IMG/VR virus record: IMGVR_UViG_3300047552_002383
Length of the DNA: 64,000 nucleotides
Direction: 5' to 3' (one strand)
Source of the DNA: an uncultured virus (IMG/VR IMGVR_UViG_3300047552_002383)
Taxonomy: Duplodnaviria; Heunggongvirae; Uroviricota; Caudoviricetes
This document shows positions 1 to 10,474 of the stretch, one piece after another. The notes under the pieces were generated by a model, which ran no database searches, was not told where the DNA came from, and was given only the letters and a program-made list of their open reading frames with translations. Positions within the stretch are counted from its first letter, which is position 1. Each line of letters starts with the position of its first letter. A program made the position numbers and the translations under genes.

Positions 1-2
1 TA

Positions 3-269
3 GATATAATTAACCAAGATACTCCCGGGCTGGTTGGAAAAAATATACGATTAAGAAGTCCTATTTATTGTAAAGAAAAAAATAACAATATTTGTAAAAT
101 TTGTTATGGTAAATTAGCCGACCAAATCGGGGTAAAACATATTGGTGGCATAGTTGGAAGTATTATTAATATTGAAGGTGTTAGTGGATACTCCATGAAA
201 GCTAGACATGCTACTAGTCAAGTAAATGTTAAGAAAGTTAATTTTTTAAAAGATCTGATTATTATATGA
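3..269 (+). CDS. 3' end of a phage RNA polymerase beta-prime subunit fragment (partial, runs in from window edge)
   Basis: Manual translation of frame 3: ...IRLRSPIYCKEKNNNICKICYG...HIGGIVGSIINIEGVSGYSMKARH...; matches the RpoC pattern RSxxxC...CxxCYG...GxxAAQSIGEPGTQLTMRTFH. Stop TGA 267-269 overlaps the next ATG. Confidence 0.8.
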   Translation, partial: DIINQDTPGLVGKNIRLRSPIYCKEKNNNICKICYGKLADQIGVKHIGGIVGSIINIEGVSGYSMKARHATSQVNVKKVNFLKDLIII

Positions 270-559
270 ATATATTAGAAAATATAAATTATCTAATAGA
301 AGTTACCTTAAATAAATCATTAGGTCCAAAATTTAAGGATATAACATCTGATACATTAAAAGATGCTAGAAGATTTGGAAAACAGGCATTTAATAAATTT
401 AAAGTTACTAAAAATATGCATGATAAAATTCCTTCGTCATTACCAAAAGCTAAGGAAATAATGTTATCCAGTGCATATTCTAATTTAAGATCAGATTTAA
501 ATCTTAGAAAGAATATGATTAAAGATACTAGAGATTTAATGAGAAGTATTAAATATTAA
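266..559 (+). CDS. Small basic protein with shared N-terminal leader (candidate virion internal protein)
   Basis: Starts MNILENINYLIEV; Lys/Arg-rich remainder; ATGA overlap with upstream gene. Confidence 0.6.
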   Translation: MNILENINYLIEVTLNKSLGPKFKDITSDTLKDARRFGKQAFNKFKVTKNMHDKIPSSLPKAKEIMLSSAYSNLRSDLNLRKNMIKDTRDLMRSIKY

Positions 560-571
560 AAAAATAAATTT

Positions 572-600
572 TAAGAGGAGAGATTTATTCTCTCCTCTTA
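572..600. terminator. Bidirectional intrinsic terminator
   Basis: TAAGAGGAGAG / CTCTCCTCTTA inverted repeat between convergent genes. Confidence 0.7.
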
Positions 601-608
601 ATAATAAA

Positions 609-1130
609 TTATCTAGAGTGTATTAATGAAGTCAAGATTCTATTTGTGATCAATTGACTCTCGTTAAATACTACATATATGACATCTACAAATGCATCGT
701 GTAGATAGTCGAATGTTTTGCTAAACAATTTCTTTCTTTTCTTTGCTAATTTACTATAACTGAAGTAAACAAAATTGAAGATAAATTCTTGAATTTGTTT
801 CATAGTAAATGCAAAAGATTCCAGAATAGATTTTACACCTTCAGCGGTGTATAAATACATTCCAGTATTCCCATTACGAACAATTAATGTTTTATTGTTC
901 GGTAATACTTTTTTACCATTTCGTGGTAATTCAGAAGGTAATACATAATTATAATGTACTCCTTCTTTAAAGTTCCTTTTTATTTGATAAATTTTGTGTT
1001 TTATCGTAACTTCTTTGTTTTTTAGATTTGAATTAAATCTTTTCATCAACCTAGCAAGCTGACTTGTCTTTAAATGAATCTGATTGTGAATAACGGCACA
1101 TGATTCATTTTGAGCTAAAAAAGTCTTCAT
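609..1130 (-). CDS. ORF6N-like (antirepressor-type) DNA-binding protein
   Basis: LKTSQLARL...KRNFKEGVHY...MYLYTAEGVKSI resembles the ORF6N pattern (LAxLY...RN...F.EG..Y...FTE.G). RBS GAGG upstream. Confidence 0.5.
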   Translation of the reverse strand: MKTFLAQNESCAVIHNQIHLKTSQLARLMKRFNSNLKNKEVTIKHKIYQIKRNFKEGVHYNYVLPSELPRNGKKVLPNNKTLIVRNGNTGMYLYTAEGVKSILESFAFTMKQIQEFIFNFVYFSYSKLAKKRKKLFSKTFDYLHDAFVDVIYVVFNESQLITNRILTSLIHSR

Positions 1131-1208
1131 ATTTAAACCTCTTTTTTAGAGTTTTATTTTGAGGTAAAAAAATGAATCCAATTTTTTAAATTTTTCATAT
1201 AGATATCT

Positions 1209-1312
1209 CAACATTGGGGTATGTTGAATTATCTAATTGATTAATTTAAATCTTAGGATTCATTATGGCTTGTAAAGGTGGATAGTTAGCGCTATCCACC
1301 TTTACTTCTTTT
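1209..1312 (+). ncRNA. Candidate small RNA antisense to the leader of the 609-1130 gene
   Basis: TATAGATA motif at 1198-1205, hairpin CAACAT/ATGTTG, then a 14-bp terminator stem 1272-1305 followed by a T-rich run; no ORF. Confidence 0.45.
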
Positions 1313-1392
1313 GATTTTTATAGAAAAATAATAAACTGGAGTTTTTTCGGGTTTTGCTAGGTAATATCTATATATCTTTTTTGAAAACTGAA

Positions 1393-1569
1393 TTATTTAT
1401 TCGTATAAGGTGTTCTTTTTGAATAAATAATTTTTCCTTTCTTACAATCTTTTACGAATTGTTTAGATTCTTTTTCCCTTTCTTTAAATTCTTCGAATGT
1501 TTCGAAATCGAATCTTTTAGGATACATTTTTATCTGCATAGGTGAATTTGGTTCTATCATTTTTTTCAT
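1393..1569 (-). CDS. Hypothetical 58-aa protein (not in ORF track)
   Basis: MKKMIEPNSPMQIKMYPKRFDFETFEEFKERE...; minus-strand promoter motif at 1611-1618. Confidence 0.5.
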   Translation of the reverse strand: MKKMIEPNSPMQIKMYPKRFDFETFEEFKEREKESKQFVKDCKKGKIIYSKRTPYTNK

Positions 1570-1632
1570 TTCCTATGGTAAATACTATGGATATCATAGT
1601 ATTTAATTTATATCTATATATTTTTAGAATAA

Positions 1633-2268
1633 GTGGAAAAACTCAATAAAATTTTAATTGAAATTGATGATATTAATAAAAAAATATATGAAACGGATAT
1701 TTATATTAGATATCATTTAAAGAAATTACAGGATAAATTTCCTAGTGCATGGGGAAATTTTTTAAAAATAAAACACCAATGGATGGACTTCAAAAATATT
1801 AATGAAGAGCCGTTGGATAATCCACTAGTTAAAAAATTATTAAATAAAAATTCATTTCTTGAAAGATTTAAAACGAAAAAATGTAAAGAATTATATCGAA
1901 AAATATCAAATATTACACATCCCGATAAAATAACAAATGAATATTTAAATGAACTATTTATAATTGCAAAAAAACATCGAAATAATAATGATTTGAGATC
2001 ATTAGAAAATATTTATGAAATAGTTCAAAATGAATTAAAAGAACCATCGTATGATTTTATTTCTAAAAAATATGATGAATTATCTAAACAATTAAAACAG
2101 CAAAAATATATACATGCTAATCAACTAGTAAGTTTTGAATATACATTAGCCCAATTATATGAAAGTCGAGATGAAAAAAATCAATTAACTGCTGAAAATA
2201 TGTTCATCGAAAGATTAAATACTCATATTGTCCAATATCTTAAGGAAATGAATAAAAATGTCCATTGA
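1633..2268 (+). CDS. J-domain (DnaJ-like) protein
   Basis: KELYRKISNITHPDK: helix II followed by the HPD motif. Confidence 0.65.
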   Translation: MEKLNKILIEIDDINKKIYETDIYIRYHLKKLQDKFPSAWGNFLKIKHQWMDFKNINEEPLDNPLVKKLLNKNSFLERFKTKKCKELYRKISNITHPDKITNEYLNELFIIAKKHRNNNDLRSLENIYEIVQNELKEPSYDFISKKYDELSKQLKQQKYIHANQLVSFEYTLAQLYESRDEKNQLTAENMFIERLNTHIVQYLKEMNKNVH

Positions 2269-3001
2269 ACTCTGCTTAAGTGAAATTCCTGAAATTAAAG
2301 AACTTCCTAAATTAGAACGTAATGAAGAAAAGGAAGGTTTTACTTACCCTCCAGAATATATTGGTAATGTATATAAACATAATGGTAAATTAATATTCTT
2401 CAATGAAAAAACCGTTGAAGAAGCATCAATTGGGATGATTAATTTATTAGTATCGCTTATTAGTAAAGCAAAAGATGATGAATCTGAAGTGATTCAAACT
2501 CAAAAAAATTTAGAATCTGAATTTAAAGTATTTGAGTTAAATGTAGTAGAATTAATTAAAAGAGTGGAATCTACTTTTGAAAATTATGTCCAAATTGATA
2601 AACTTAATCAATTTATAACTAATAATAATTATATTACAAAAGAAGAATTCGATTCAATATCAAAAGAATATGCTCTAATAAATGATGTAGATAAATATTC
2701 TAAACATATCGAACAAGAATTTACAAATAGTAATTTAGAAATATTTAAACAAATAGAAGAATTAAAAAATAGGAGTGATTTAAAAGATATAATATCTTCA
2801 AAAGTAGATGAAAAATTAGTAGATGTATATAATAATTTTAAGCAAGTAACGGAAAACTTGGTTAGAGAAGAAGTTAGAAAAATAGAAGATGAAATTAAAT
2901 TAAAATCAAATAGATTAACTGCTTCTCAAATAATAATGTTTAAGGAAATGGGTCTCTCAATTGAGAATATTATCGAATTAAAAAAGAGTAATTTACTATG
3001 A
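2258..3001 (+). CDS. Hypothetical coiled-coil protein
   Basis: 247-aa Glu/Lys-rich helical ORF in an overlapping gene run. Confidence 0.6.
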   Translation: MSIELCLSEIPEIKELPKLERNEEKEGFTYPPEYIGNVYKHNGKLIFFNEKTVEEASIGMINLLVSLISKAKDDESEVIQTQKNLESEFKVFELNVVELIKRVESTFENYVQIDKLNQFITNNNYITKEEFDSISKEYALINDVDKYSKHIEQEFTNSNLEIFKQIEELKNRSDLKDIISSKVDEKLVDVYNNFKQVTENLVREEVRKIEDEIKLKSNRLTASQIIMFKEMGLSIENIIELKKSNLL

Positions 3002-3774
3002 GTAATATTTTAAAAAATATAAGTAATTTAATTGAAGAAGCGAATATTTCTGCAATGCCAGCTGTAAAACAAATGAAGTTATTAGGAAAAGCAGCTGCAC
3101 AAACTGGAACTAATGTTGCTAAAGCAGTAACTAAACCAGCTGCAGATATGACATCTAAAATGACCAAAGCAGCAACCAAAACTGGAACTAATGTTGCCAA
3201 AGCAGTAACTAAACCTACTGGTTTTCTAGGTGGGATGAGACAAATAGGATCTGGAATGGCAAAAGTTGCAGGTTCTAAACCAGGATTAGTTGGATTAGGT
3301 GCATTAGGTGGAGCAGCAGCTACTTTAGGAGCTGGTGCGGCATTAGCACCCGCTGCAGCGGCGACAGCTCCAGTTGCTGCAGGTGTAACCCCAGTTGCTT
3401 CTGGTGTAGCAGGTGCAGGTATTGCTGCTGGTGCAGCGAAAACAGCAACGGCAGCGGCTCCAGTCGCATCAGGAATAGCAGTTAAAGCAGCGGCTCCAGC
3501 AACAGTTAAAGCAGCGGCTCCAGCAACAGGAATAGCAGCTAAGGCAGTAGCAGCTAAGGCTCCAGTAGTTGCAAAAATTGCTAAAGCAACTCCTAAATTT
3601 TCAGCAGCGGATATTGCTGATTTACGTTCTAGTGCTGCAAAGATGGGAAGTGCTACTTCTAGTATGGCTCAAGATACTGCTGCAGCTAAAACAGCTATTA
3701 TTAATGCAAGAGATGCAGCTGGTAAACATCTTATGAATACTATGATTGCTAAAAAATCAAATTTAACCCCATAA
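2998..3774 (+). CDS. Ala/Lys/Gly-rich protein with shared leader and glycine-zipper segment (candidate internal/ejection protein)
   Basis: MSNILKNISNLIEE leader; repeated TGTNVAKAVTKP; GLVGLGALGGAAATLGAGAAL; VKAAAPAT repeats. Confidence 0.65.
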   Translation: MSNILKNISNLIEEANISAMPAVKQMKLLGKAAAQTGTNVAKAVTKPAADMTSKMTKAATKTGTNVAKAVTKPTGFLGGMRQIGSGMAKVAGSKPGLVGLGALGGAAATLGAGAALAPAAAATAPVAAGVTPVASGVAGAGIAAGAAKTATAAAPVASGIAVKAAAPATVKAAAPATGIAAKAVAAKAPVVAKIAKATPKFSAADIADLRSSAAKMGSATSSMAQDTAAAKTAIINARDAAGKHLMNTMIAKKSNLTP

Positions 3775-3776
3775 TA

Positions 3777-4439
3777 ATGTTAAATCCACATGAGATCTTA
3801 TCTATTGAAGAACAAGAAATAAGAGCTAATTCTAAATGTACTATTACTATTGATTTTAGAGATTATCCAAATGACTCTATTATTGATTCTAAAGAATTTA
3901 TAGTTCTTCCTGGTATTATTGATATATATTTTCCTGATTTAGATGATTACTGTTCTATTATTTTAATATATAATGTAAAATTATATAAAACAAATGATAT
4001 TGATGATTCAGATGACAATATAATTGTTATTAATTATAATACTGGTGATCTTATAATTTCTCAGGATTACTATAATACTGGTATGGATATGGGTCTTTTA
4101 ATTAAATTATTAAATGGACGTATAAAATATATTAAAGATCCGAAAATATTATTAACTATGATTAATAATATTATTCCAAATCCGGATTTAGTACATTTAG
4201 AAGTTTTAATTTCAAATATGCTAAGAGATCCTACAGATTATACTATTTTATCAAGATATAGTAATGCAAAACAACCAGAAATAATTGGCGTTACTTCTCA
4301 AGCTAAAATGGATAGTGCATTATCTTCAATTGCATATAGAAATATCGATCAAGCTATTGAACATGCTATCGTTAAAAATAAAGAATTTAAAAATAATCCT
4401 ATTGAATTAATTCTACAAGAAAAGTTTGAAGAATTATGA
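3777..4439 (+). CDS. Phage RNA polymerase beta-prime C-terminal fragment
   Basis: LVHLEVLISNMLR...IIGVTSQAKMDSALSSIAYRNIDQAIEHAI parallels RpoC KHIEVIVRQMLR...LLGITKASL..SFISAASFQETTRVLTEAA. Confidence 0.7.
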   Translation: MLNPHEILSIEEQEIRANSKCTITIDFRDYPNDSIIDSKEFIVLPGIIDIYFPDLDDYCSIILIYNVKLYKTNDIDDSDDNIIVINYNTGDLIISQDYYNTGMDMGLLIKLLNGRIKYIKDPKILLTMINNIIPNPDLVHLEVLISNMLRDPTDYTILSRYSNAKQPEIIGVTSQAKMDSALSSIAYRNIDQAIEHAIVKNKEFKNNPIELILQEKFEEL

Positions 4440-4936
4440 AGATATTAAATGATATTGATAATCTAGTAAATATAATAGAAAATAATAATTATTATATAGA
4501 AGGTTTTTGGACAGATTTTGCAAAAAGTGATCTTAAAAACTTAAGAAAAAATATTTCTCAAACTGGAGATGCGGCTAAAGATGTAGTTGGAAGTACAGTT
4601 GAGGGAACAAGAAAAGTGGTCGGGGATACAGTTGAAGGTGCAAAAAAAGTAATAGGTGACCTTCGAAAAAGAAGTGCCCATACTAGATCACCAACTTATG
4701 GATCAGAAAAATCAGAATATGGTAAAAATCTGTTATTAAAATTAGCAAAATATGGTGGTGGTGGATTAGCGGTAGCTGGAGCAACTACATCTTTAGCAAA
4801 ACTTCCATACCAACTTGGGGTTGAACTTGGAAATATTCCAATCAATGCTGTACGTGGTGTTAAAAAAGCTGCAGGATATGGTTTAGCAGCAGTCCCAGCT
4901 GTCGCAGTATTAAAAAATGGTGATGATTCAAAATGA
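4436..4936 (+). CDS. Leader-bearing protein with 11-aa amphipathic repeats and Gly-rich hydrophobic segments
   Basis: MKILNDIDNLVNIIE; VVGSTVEGTRK-VVGDTVEGAKK; YGGGGLAVAGA. Confidence 0.6.
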   Translation: MKILNDIDNLVNIIENNNYYIEGFWTDFAKSDLKNLRKNISQTGDAAKDVVGSTVEGTRKVVGDTVEGAKKVIGDLRKRSAHTRSPTYGSEKSEYGKNLLLKLAKYGGGGLAVAGATTSLAKLPYQLGVELGNIPINAVRGVKKAAGYGLAAVPAVAVLKNGDDSK

Positions 4937-5250
4937 TATTAAATGATATTCAAAAATTAATAACCGAACAAACTCCACCAAAAGAATTATCGAAAACCAG
5001 AAAAATTATCGGAAAACATGCTGGAAAAATAGGATTGGGAGTCGCTGGAGCAGCATTGTATTTTGGAAGAAAGTTAGGTTCTGGTGAATATGGAGATAAT
5101 AAACAACGTTTAGCAAAAGATATTTCAGATAATTCTGAAAAATTATTCGATCAAGCTAAAACAAAAGCTAAAACAGGAATTGAATTAGCCTCGAAAGAAA
5201 CTTCAAAAATTATAAAAAAAATTAAAGAAAAGAAAGATGATATTAAATAA
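4933..5250 (+). CDS. Leader-bearing basic protein with one Gly-rich hydrophobic segment
   Basis: MILNDIQKLITE; IGLGVAGAALYFG. Confidence 0.6.
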   Translation: MILNDIQKLITEQTPPKELSKTRKIIGKHAGKIGLGVAGAALYFGRKLGSGEYGDNKQRLAKDISDNSEKLFDQAKTKAKTGIELASKETSKIIKKIKEKKDDIK

Positions 5251-5884
5251 TATTAATGATTTAATAGAAGAAGTCGAATCTTTTAGCACTGTTCAAAGAA
5301 TATTTAGATATAATCCTCTTAATGCTTTATATCTTTGGATATATCGAGCATTTAATTATGAAGTAATAGATTTCTTACAACCTCTTCTAGAAAAAATAGA
5401 CAATACAATTTCATATTTTGATTCAACAGATTATAAAGCTTCTAAATATATAAATAAAATAGATTTAGGAGAATTAATAAATAAATCAAAATTAGAATCA
5501 GATACTGATAAAATGTCTGTTTTAAAAAATATTTTTACAAATATAAATCAGTTCATTTCATCTTTATTTAGATGTTACATTGATGAATTAGTTGATAATA
5601 AAATTAGTATTTCTAATGTAACTTCTGTTTCTTCATTATTATCTATCAAAAATAATTCAGATTCAAAGCAAAAATTAGTAGATTTAATAGATGATTATAC
5701 AAATTTATTATCTAAAAAACCCACTAGTGCTATTAATGTTATATCTGAATTAAAACGTAGATATATGAATTCTAAATTTATTAATGAAATATCTTTGGAT
5801 TTAGATAAACAAGTTACAACATATATCGCTACTAAACAAGAATTGTCAGATAAAGCCTCAATTATGAGAAAATCAACATTATGA
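5237..5884 (+). CDS. Leader-bearing hypothetical protein
   Basis: MILNNINDLIEE start; overlapping gene run. Confidence 0.6.
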   Translation: MILNNINDLIEEVESFSTVQRIFRYNPLNALYLWIYRAFNYEVIDFLQPLLEKIDNTISYFDSTDYKASKYINKIDLGELINKSKLESDTDKMSVLKNIFTNINQFISSLFRCYIDELVDNKISISNVTSVSSLLSIKNNSDSKQKLVDLIDDYTNLLSKKPTSAINVISELKRRYMNSKFINEISLDLDKQVTTYIATKQELSDKASIMRKSTL

Positions 5885-6048
5885 TAATTAAAAATATTAA
5901 TGATTTAATATATCATACTGAAGAATGGAAACATCCTATAGTGAAAGCATTAGGTAATCCTGTGGTTGCGGCTAGGAATAAATTAAAATTTCGCCGACCT
6001 GTTATTAATAAAATAAAACAAGTAATTCAAATAAAAAGACTTCCATAA
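5881..6048 (+). CDS. 55-aa leader-bearing basic protein (not in ORF track)
   Basis: MIIKNINDLIYHTEEWKHPIVKALGNPVVAARNKLKFRRP...; ATGA overlap with previous stop. Confidence 0.6.
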   Translation: MIIKNINDLIYHTEEWKHPIVKALGNPVVAARNKLKFRRPVINKIKQVIQIKRLP

Positions 6049-6060
6049 AAGATAATTAAT

Positions 6061-6630
6061 ATGGTATTATATCCTAATGAAATTCTCGATATTACTAGTT
6101 CAAATAAAAATACCATGATAAGAAAAACCAGCGTTACTAGAACTAATGGTAACGCTGGTAAATCTAAAAAGAAAGGCAATAAATATGAAAATGATATTGC
6201 CAAAGCTCTTGGTGATTGGATGTTTAATGATAAAGATTCATTATGCAGAAGTATAACATCTGGGGCTAGAAAAACTGTTTATACTGGTGATATCGTCCCG
6301 CAAAAACAATTGCCAAATGGAAATTTCATGTGGCATATTGAATGTAAAAATGGCTATAAAAATAGAATCCCATCTTTTAATAATTTTTCTTTAGTTGAAG
6401 AATGGCTTATTAAATGTTTAAATGATGTGAATTTTGAACGGCAACCATTAATTTGGTTAATTTGCCGTTTTCATGGTTATTCTTCTATTGTCTTTACAAA
6501 TTGCCCATTTAAAAATATTAAATGGAATTTATGTATAAATATTGAACATAATGATCTTTATAATTATTTTTATAATTATAAATTAGATGATTTAATTGAT
6601 TATGATTTTAATTTTATAAAACAATTATAA
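6061..6630 (+). CDS. PD-(D/E)XK nuclease, Holliday-junction resolvase-like
   Basis: KKGNKYENDIAK...GDI...IECKN motif set typical of Hjc-like resolvases. Confidence 0.7.
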   Translation: MVLYPNEILDITSSNKNTMIRKTSVTRTNGNAGKSKKKGNKYENDIAKALGDWMFNDKDSLCRSITSGARKTVYTGDIVPQKQLPNGNFMWHIECKNGYKNRIPSFNNFSLVEEWLIKCLNDVNFERQPLIWLICRFHGYSSIVFTNCPFKNIKWNLCINIEHNDLYNYFYNYKLDDLIDYDFNFIKQL

Positions 6631-7509
6631 ATTTTTTAATTTATGATATTCTAATTTTTCTATAACATTATCTAATTTTCCAATATTTTTTATATAATTT
6701 AAACAAACATAATTATTTTTAAATTGTCCTAATTTACCCATAGAATTATATCTTGATGATGAAATTCCAGTTAATCTAATAAGAAATTTAGTAGCATGAA
6801 CTGTAAAAATATTATTTAAATTAAATGATTTTTCTTTTTTTCTTATTTCTGATAAATCATCAAATGTTATAATACTACGAGGTGCTTTTTTATTAGTTAT
6901 TTGAAGATTTTGAATCAGTTTAAATTCATTTTTTGTTAAGATGTTTGGCATATTAACTATATCTGATATTTTTATTAATCTTTTAGATGTATTAGAATTA
7001 AAATACATTTGACCAAAACTTTTAGAATCAATATTTAATAAAATATTAAAACTTTTGTGATCTAACTGAATTTTTAAAAAATTTTCATATATCAAATTTA
7101 ATTCTCTAATATTTACATCTGGATTATAATTAAATTGTTTTATTTGATTAAAAGAATTAAGAGAATATGCTAAAATATATTGTATATTTTTAATTTGTTT
7201 GATTTTTTTACAAGCTAATAATCCTCTACTATTTAAAATTATCTTAGAATCCGTTTCTTTTTCAAAATATCGAATAGAAGAATGTAAATCTATATCTTCA
7301 AATTGATAATCATCTAAAAAATATTGTCTTAACAATTCTTCTGTAATAATTTTATTTTGAGAAGAAACAATTGAAACTAGATGAGGAGTTTCATATATTT
7401 TTTGTTTAAAATTTGAAAAATAATAAACTCTTTTAAATCTACCTAATCTATGATTAAAAATTATATCTAAATGTGATTTATTAATAATTTTTGAAGAATT
7501 TTTATACAT
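6625..7509 (-). CDS. Hypothetical protein, member of a family with a shared C-terminal motif
   Basis: Own promoter motif at 7546-7553; ends YIKNIGKLDNVIEKLEYHKLKNL. Confidence 0.6.
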   Translation of the reverse strand: MYKNSSKIINKSHLDIIFNHRLGRFKRVYYFSNFKQKIYETPHLVSIVSSQNKIITEELLRQYFLDDYQFEDIDLHSSIRYFEKETDSKIILNSRGLLACKKIKQIKNIQYILAYSLNSFNQIKQFNYNPDVNIRELNLIYENFLKIQLDHKSFNILLNIDSKSFGQMYFNSNTSKRLIKISDIVNMPNILTKNEFKLIQNLQITNKKAPRSIITFDDLSEIRKKEKSFNLNNIFTVHATKFLIRLTGISSSRYNSMGKLGQFKNNYVCLNYIKNIGKLDNVIEKLEYHKLKNL

Positions 7510-7552
7510 AATAATATAGTTTTACTTTTTAAACTTATGTAATAATATCTAT

Positions 7553-10474
7553 ATGAATATAGACTATATTCGCCCGCTTTCAGTAGTTACAGATAAAATA
7601 CTAATAAACAAAAATGCATTCGTTCATTTAATACCAGATTTTACGACAACTGGTGGTGAAATTTTGAATTATCTAAATTTAGATTATTCAAGATGTCATG
7701 CTATGATTATAAAAACTAGTATTTTTAAACTTGGAAATTTTACATTACAACCAAGAACATATTATACTCAAATAAAAAATAAAAAAGATCTTCCTGTTAA
7801 AATTTTACAATTTCTTCCAAATAAATTACCAGATAGAAAGTATTTTATAATTGATCACACCGTAACTTCCCAAGGTGTCGAGCACTTATATGGTACAATA
7901 GGTAAAAAACAAGCTATTATTTATTTAATTCAACAAATTAAATCAGAATTTAAAAAATTAAAAACAGAATACCCAAATTATGAAAATATAATCATTTTCA
8001 ATATTATTAATGAAGATGGATTATATGATATAATTCGTCAATTCCCTATTATTAGTAAAGTCGAAACATTAAACTTTTTTGATCGTATTGGATTAGTAGC
8101 AGTATGTGTTGGAACAGATGCGACTACATTTATACCAATATTACATTTTGATCAAAAAGGTGATGCTGAATTTTTGAAAAATAATCTTGTAAAAGTATCT
8201 AAAGCATTATCATTAGCCGTTCCACCAGAAATCAATATCAAAGACTCTACTGAAGCGCCTCCTGTGGATGGAGCAGCCCCCATTTCCCCCACGGCAGCGG
8301 AGACTGATCCTCAAAATCCTCCTCCTGCATTAAATGATATTACAACTAATATTATTAATGATACTATTTCAGATAATATTAAAAAAGATCTTGAATCTGA
8401 AATGTTTAAAATCACAGCAGAAGTCGATTCTGCTAGATTATCTAAAGTATTAAAAAATTATAAAATTCAAGATGAAATTGTTGCCAATAATATAAAATTA
8501 GTTGTAAATGAGTATTTAGAGAAAAATAAAAATAAAGAAATTGAAAAGAAAAATTTAGAAGATGTAGTATTAAAATCAATACATTTTTCTTTATTTGGAA
8601 CGGATGAAGTTAAAGATATCTATAAAGCAAATCCTGAATTATTAATTTCTAAGTTAGAAGAATCTGAAACATTCTCAAAACATATAACTTATCCAGAACC
8701 AATTCATCAGATTTCTTTAGTATCTCCTAAGGACGTTGTTCAAATAAATCGTATAACTGGACCTGTACGACATAAATTTGAATTTAATGAAAATATTCAT
8801 AGTAATATTAAAACATTATTCAAATCATTAGAACAAAAGACTAATTTTCCCGTTAAAGTTCAAAAATTTAGCTATGATTATTATGATGATAATCTAAATA
8901 GATTTATTGAATATACAATTACTTTGAAAAATATATCGGGTGGTGCACCTGAGCCATATGACGTTAAAATTAGAATTCCTGCATTAGTTAATGATAAGTA
9001 TTTTAAATTAAATGGTCAGGAATACATCCTTTCTTCTCAACAATTCCTTCATCCTTTAACTAAAGATAAGAATTCTGAGGCTCGATTTCTATCTCATTAT
9101 GGTATGATTCGTCTTCGTACTGTAAATATGAGATTTAATATTTCTCAAATTGATGAAGTTATTAATTATATTAGATTAAAATATCCTATTTTAATCGATA
9201 GTATTGATACTGATATCAATGGTAAAGTTTCTAAGATTCAATTTATTGATCCTAAACAAACTATTATCGATTTAAATAGTTCTACACCATTTAAAAATAC
9301 AGAAAAAGAGATATATCTTGAAGAATCTCAATATTTTATAAAGGATTTAAAAACTCAGAAATCTCAAAAAGTAAATAAATCAGAATATATTTTCGATTAT
9401 TTACTAAATCTAATTAAAGATATCGATCCAAATGAGGAATTAAAAAAATCAAAGAAATCAATTCCTTATCTGGAAGTATTCGTCATGTCTCGGAAAATGG
9501 CGTTTATAATCTATCTTTGGCAACAGATAGGACTAATAAATGCTTTAACTAAGTTCAATATTAAATATGAAATCGCAGCTGCCCCATCATTAGGGGTCCC
9601 GGATGTTAATTTATTGTTGAATAATGGTAATTATTTATATATTTATGGCGATACTAAAAAAGAAGAATTGATCGTTAATGGATTATTAACTTTACCAAAA
9701 GATATTCATTTTACAGACGAGCAATTAAATGATAAAACTGCTTTAGATAATTATATTAATGAAAAATATGGTACTCGTACTATTGAAACTCTAAATTTAG
9801 CAACAGCTAATTTTATTGATCCGGTTACTAATTCATTATTGCAGTATCAGGATTTACCTGATAATTTAATTGATATCGTTTGTGGACCATTAACTGATAA
9901 ATTATTAAATGATAGTGTCGATGCTTTAAATGATTTAAGAACCTTAAGAGTACGTCAGTCGGAACAAATGACGCATATACTCTATAAGGAACTTAGTATG
10001 GCACATAATAAGTATACCCGAGATCTACAATATGGTATTGAAAATGCTACTATGTATCTTGATCCTAACTATGTCAGTGATAATCTCATTGGCAAGCATA
10101 TGCATGCGGGTAACGATGGAGGCAGTGCATTAACATACGTTAATATGCATAATCCTGTTGACGAGATAACACAAAGTAGCAAGATCATTAAGACGGGCGT
10201 GGGGGGTGTTCCAAGTAAACGATCTTTTAATAAATTCCATCGAGGAATTCACCCAACTTATATTGGTAATATCGGTGCACATGAGTCAACAGAATACTCA
10301 AATGTTGGCTTAATAAATTTCCATACATTAGGTAGTGTTATCAGTAATAGGTATGGATTTTATGGTAATGTTTATATAGATCCAGAATCAGATCATATGA
10401 ATAGTTTAGGTATTGGAGAAGCACTAATACCTTTCGTCGACCAATTCGATTCGGATAGGCTTTTTTTGGCCCGT
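7553..10474 (+). CDS. rpoB: Phage RNA polymerase beta subunit, exon 1
   Basis: YFKLNGQEYILSSQ, HRGIHPTYIGNI...ESTEYSNVGLI and ALIPFVDQFDSDRLFLAR match RpoB conserved blocks (VRDVHPTHYGR.CP.ETPEG.NIGLI; SLIPFLEHDDANRALMG). Long N-terminal extension. Confidence 0.85.
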
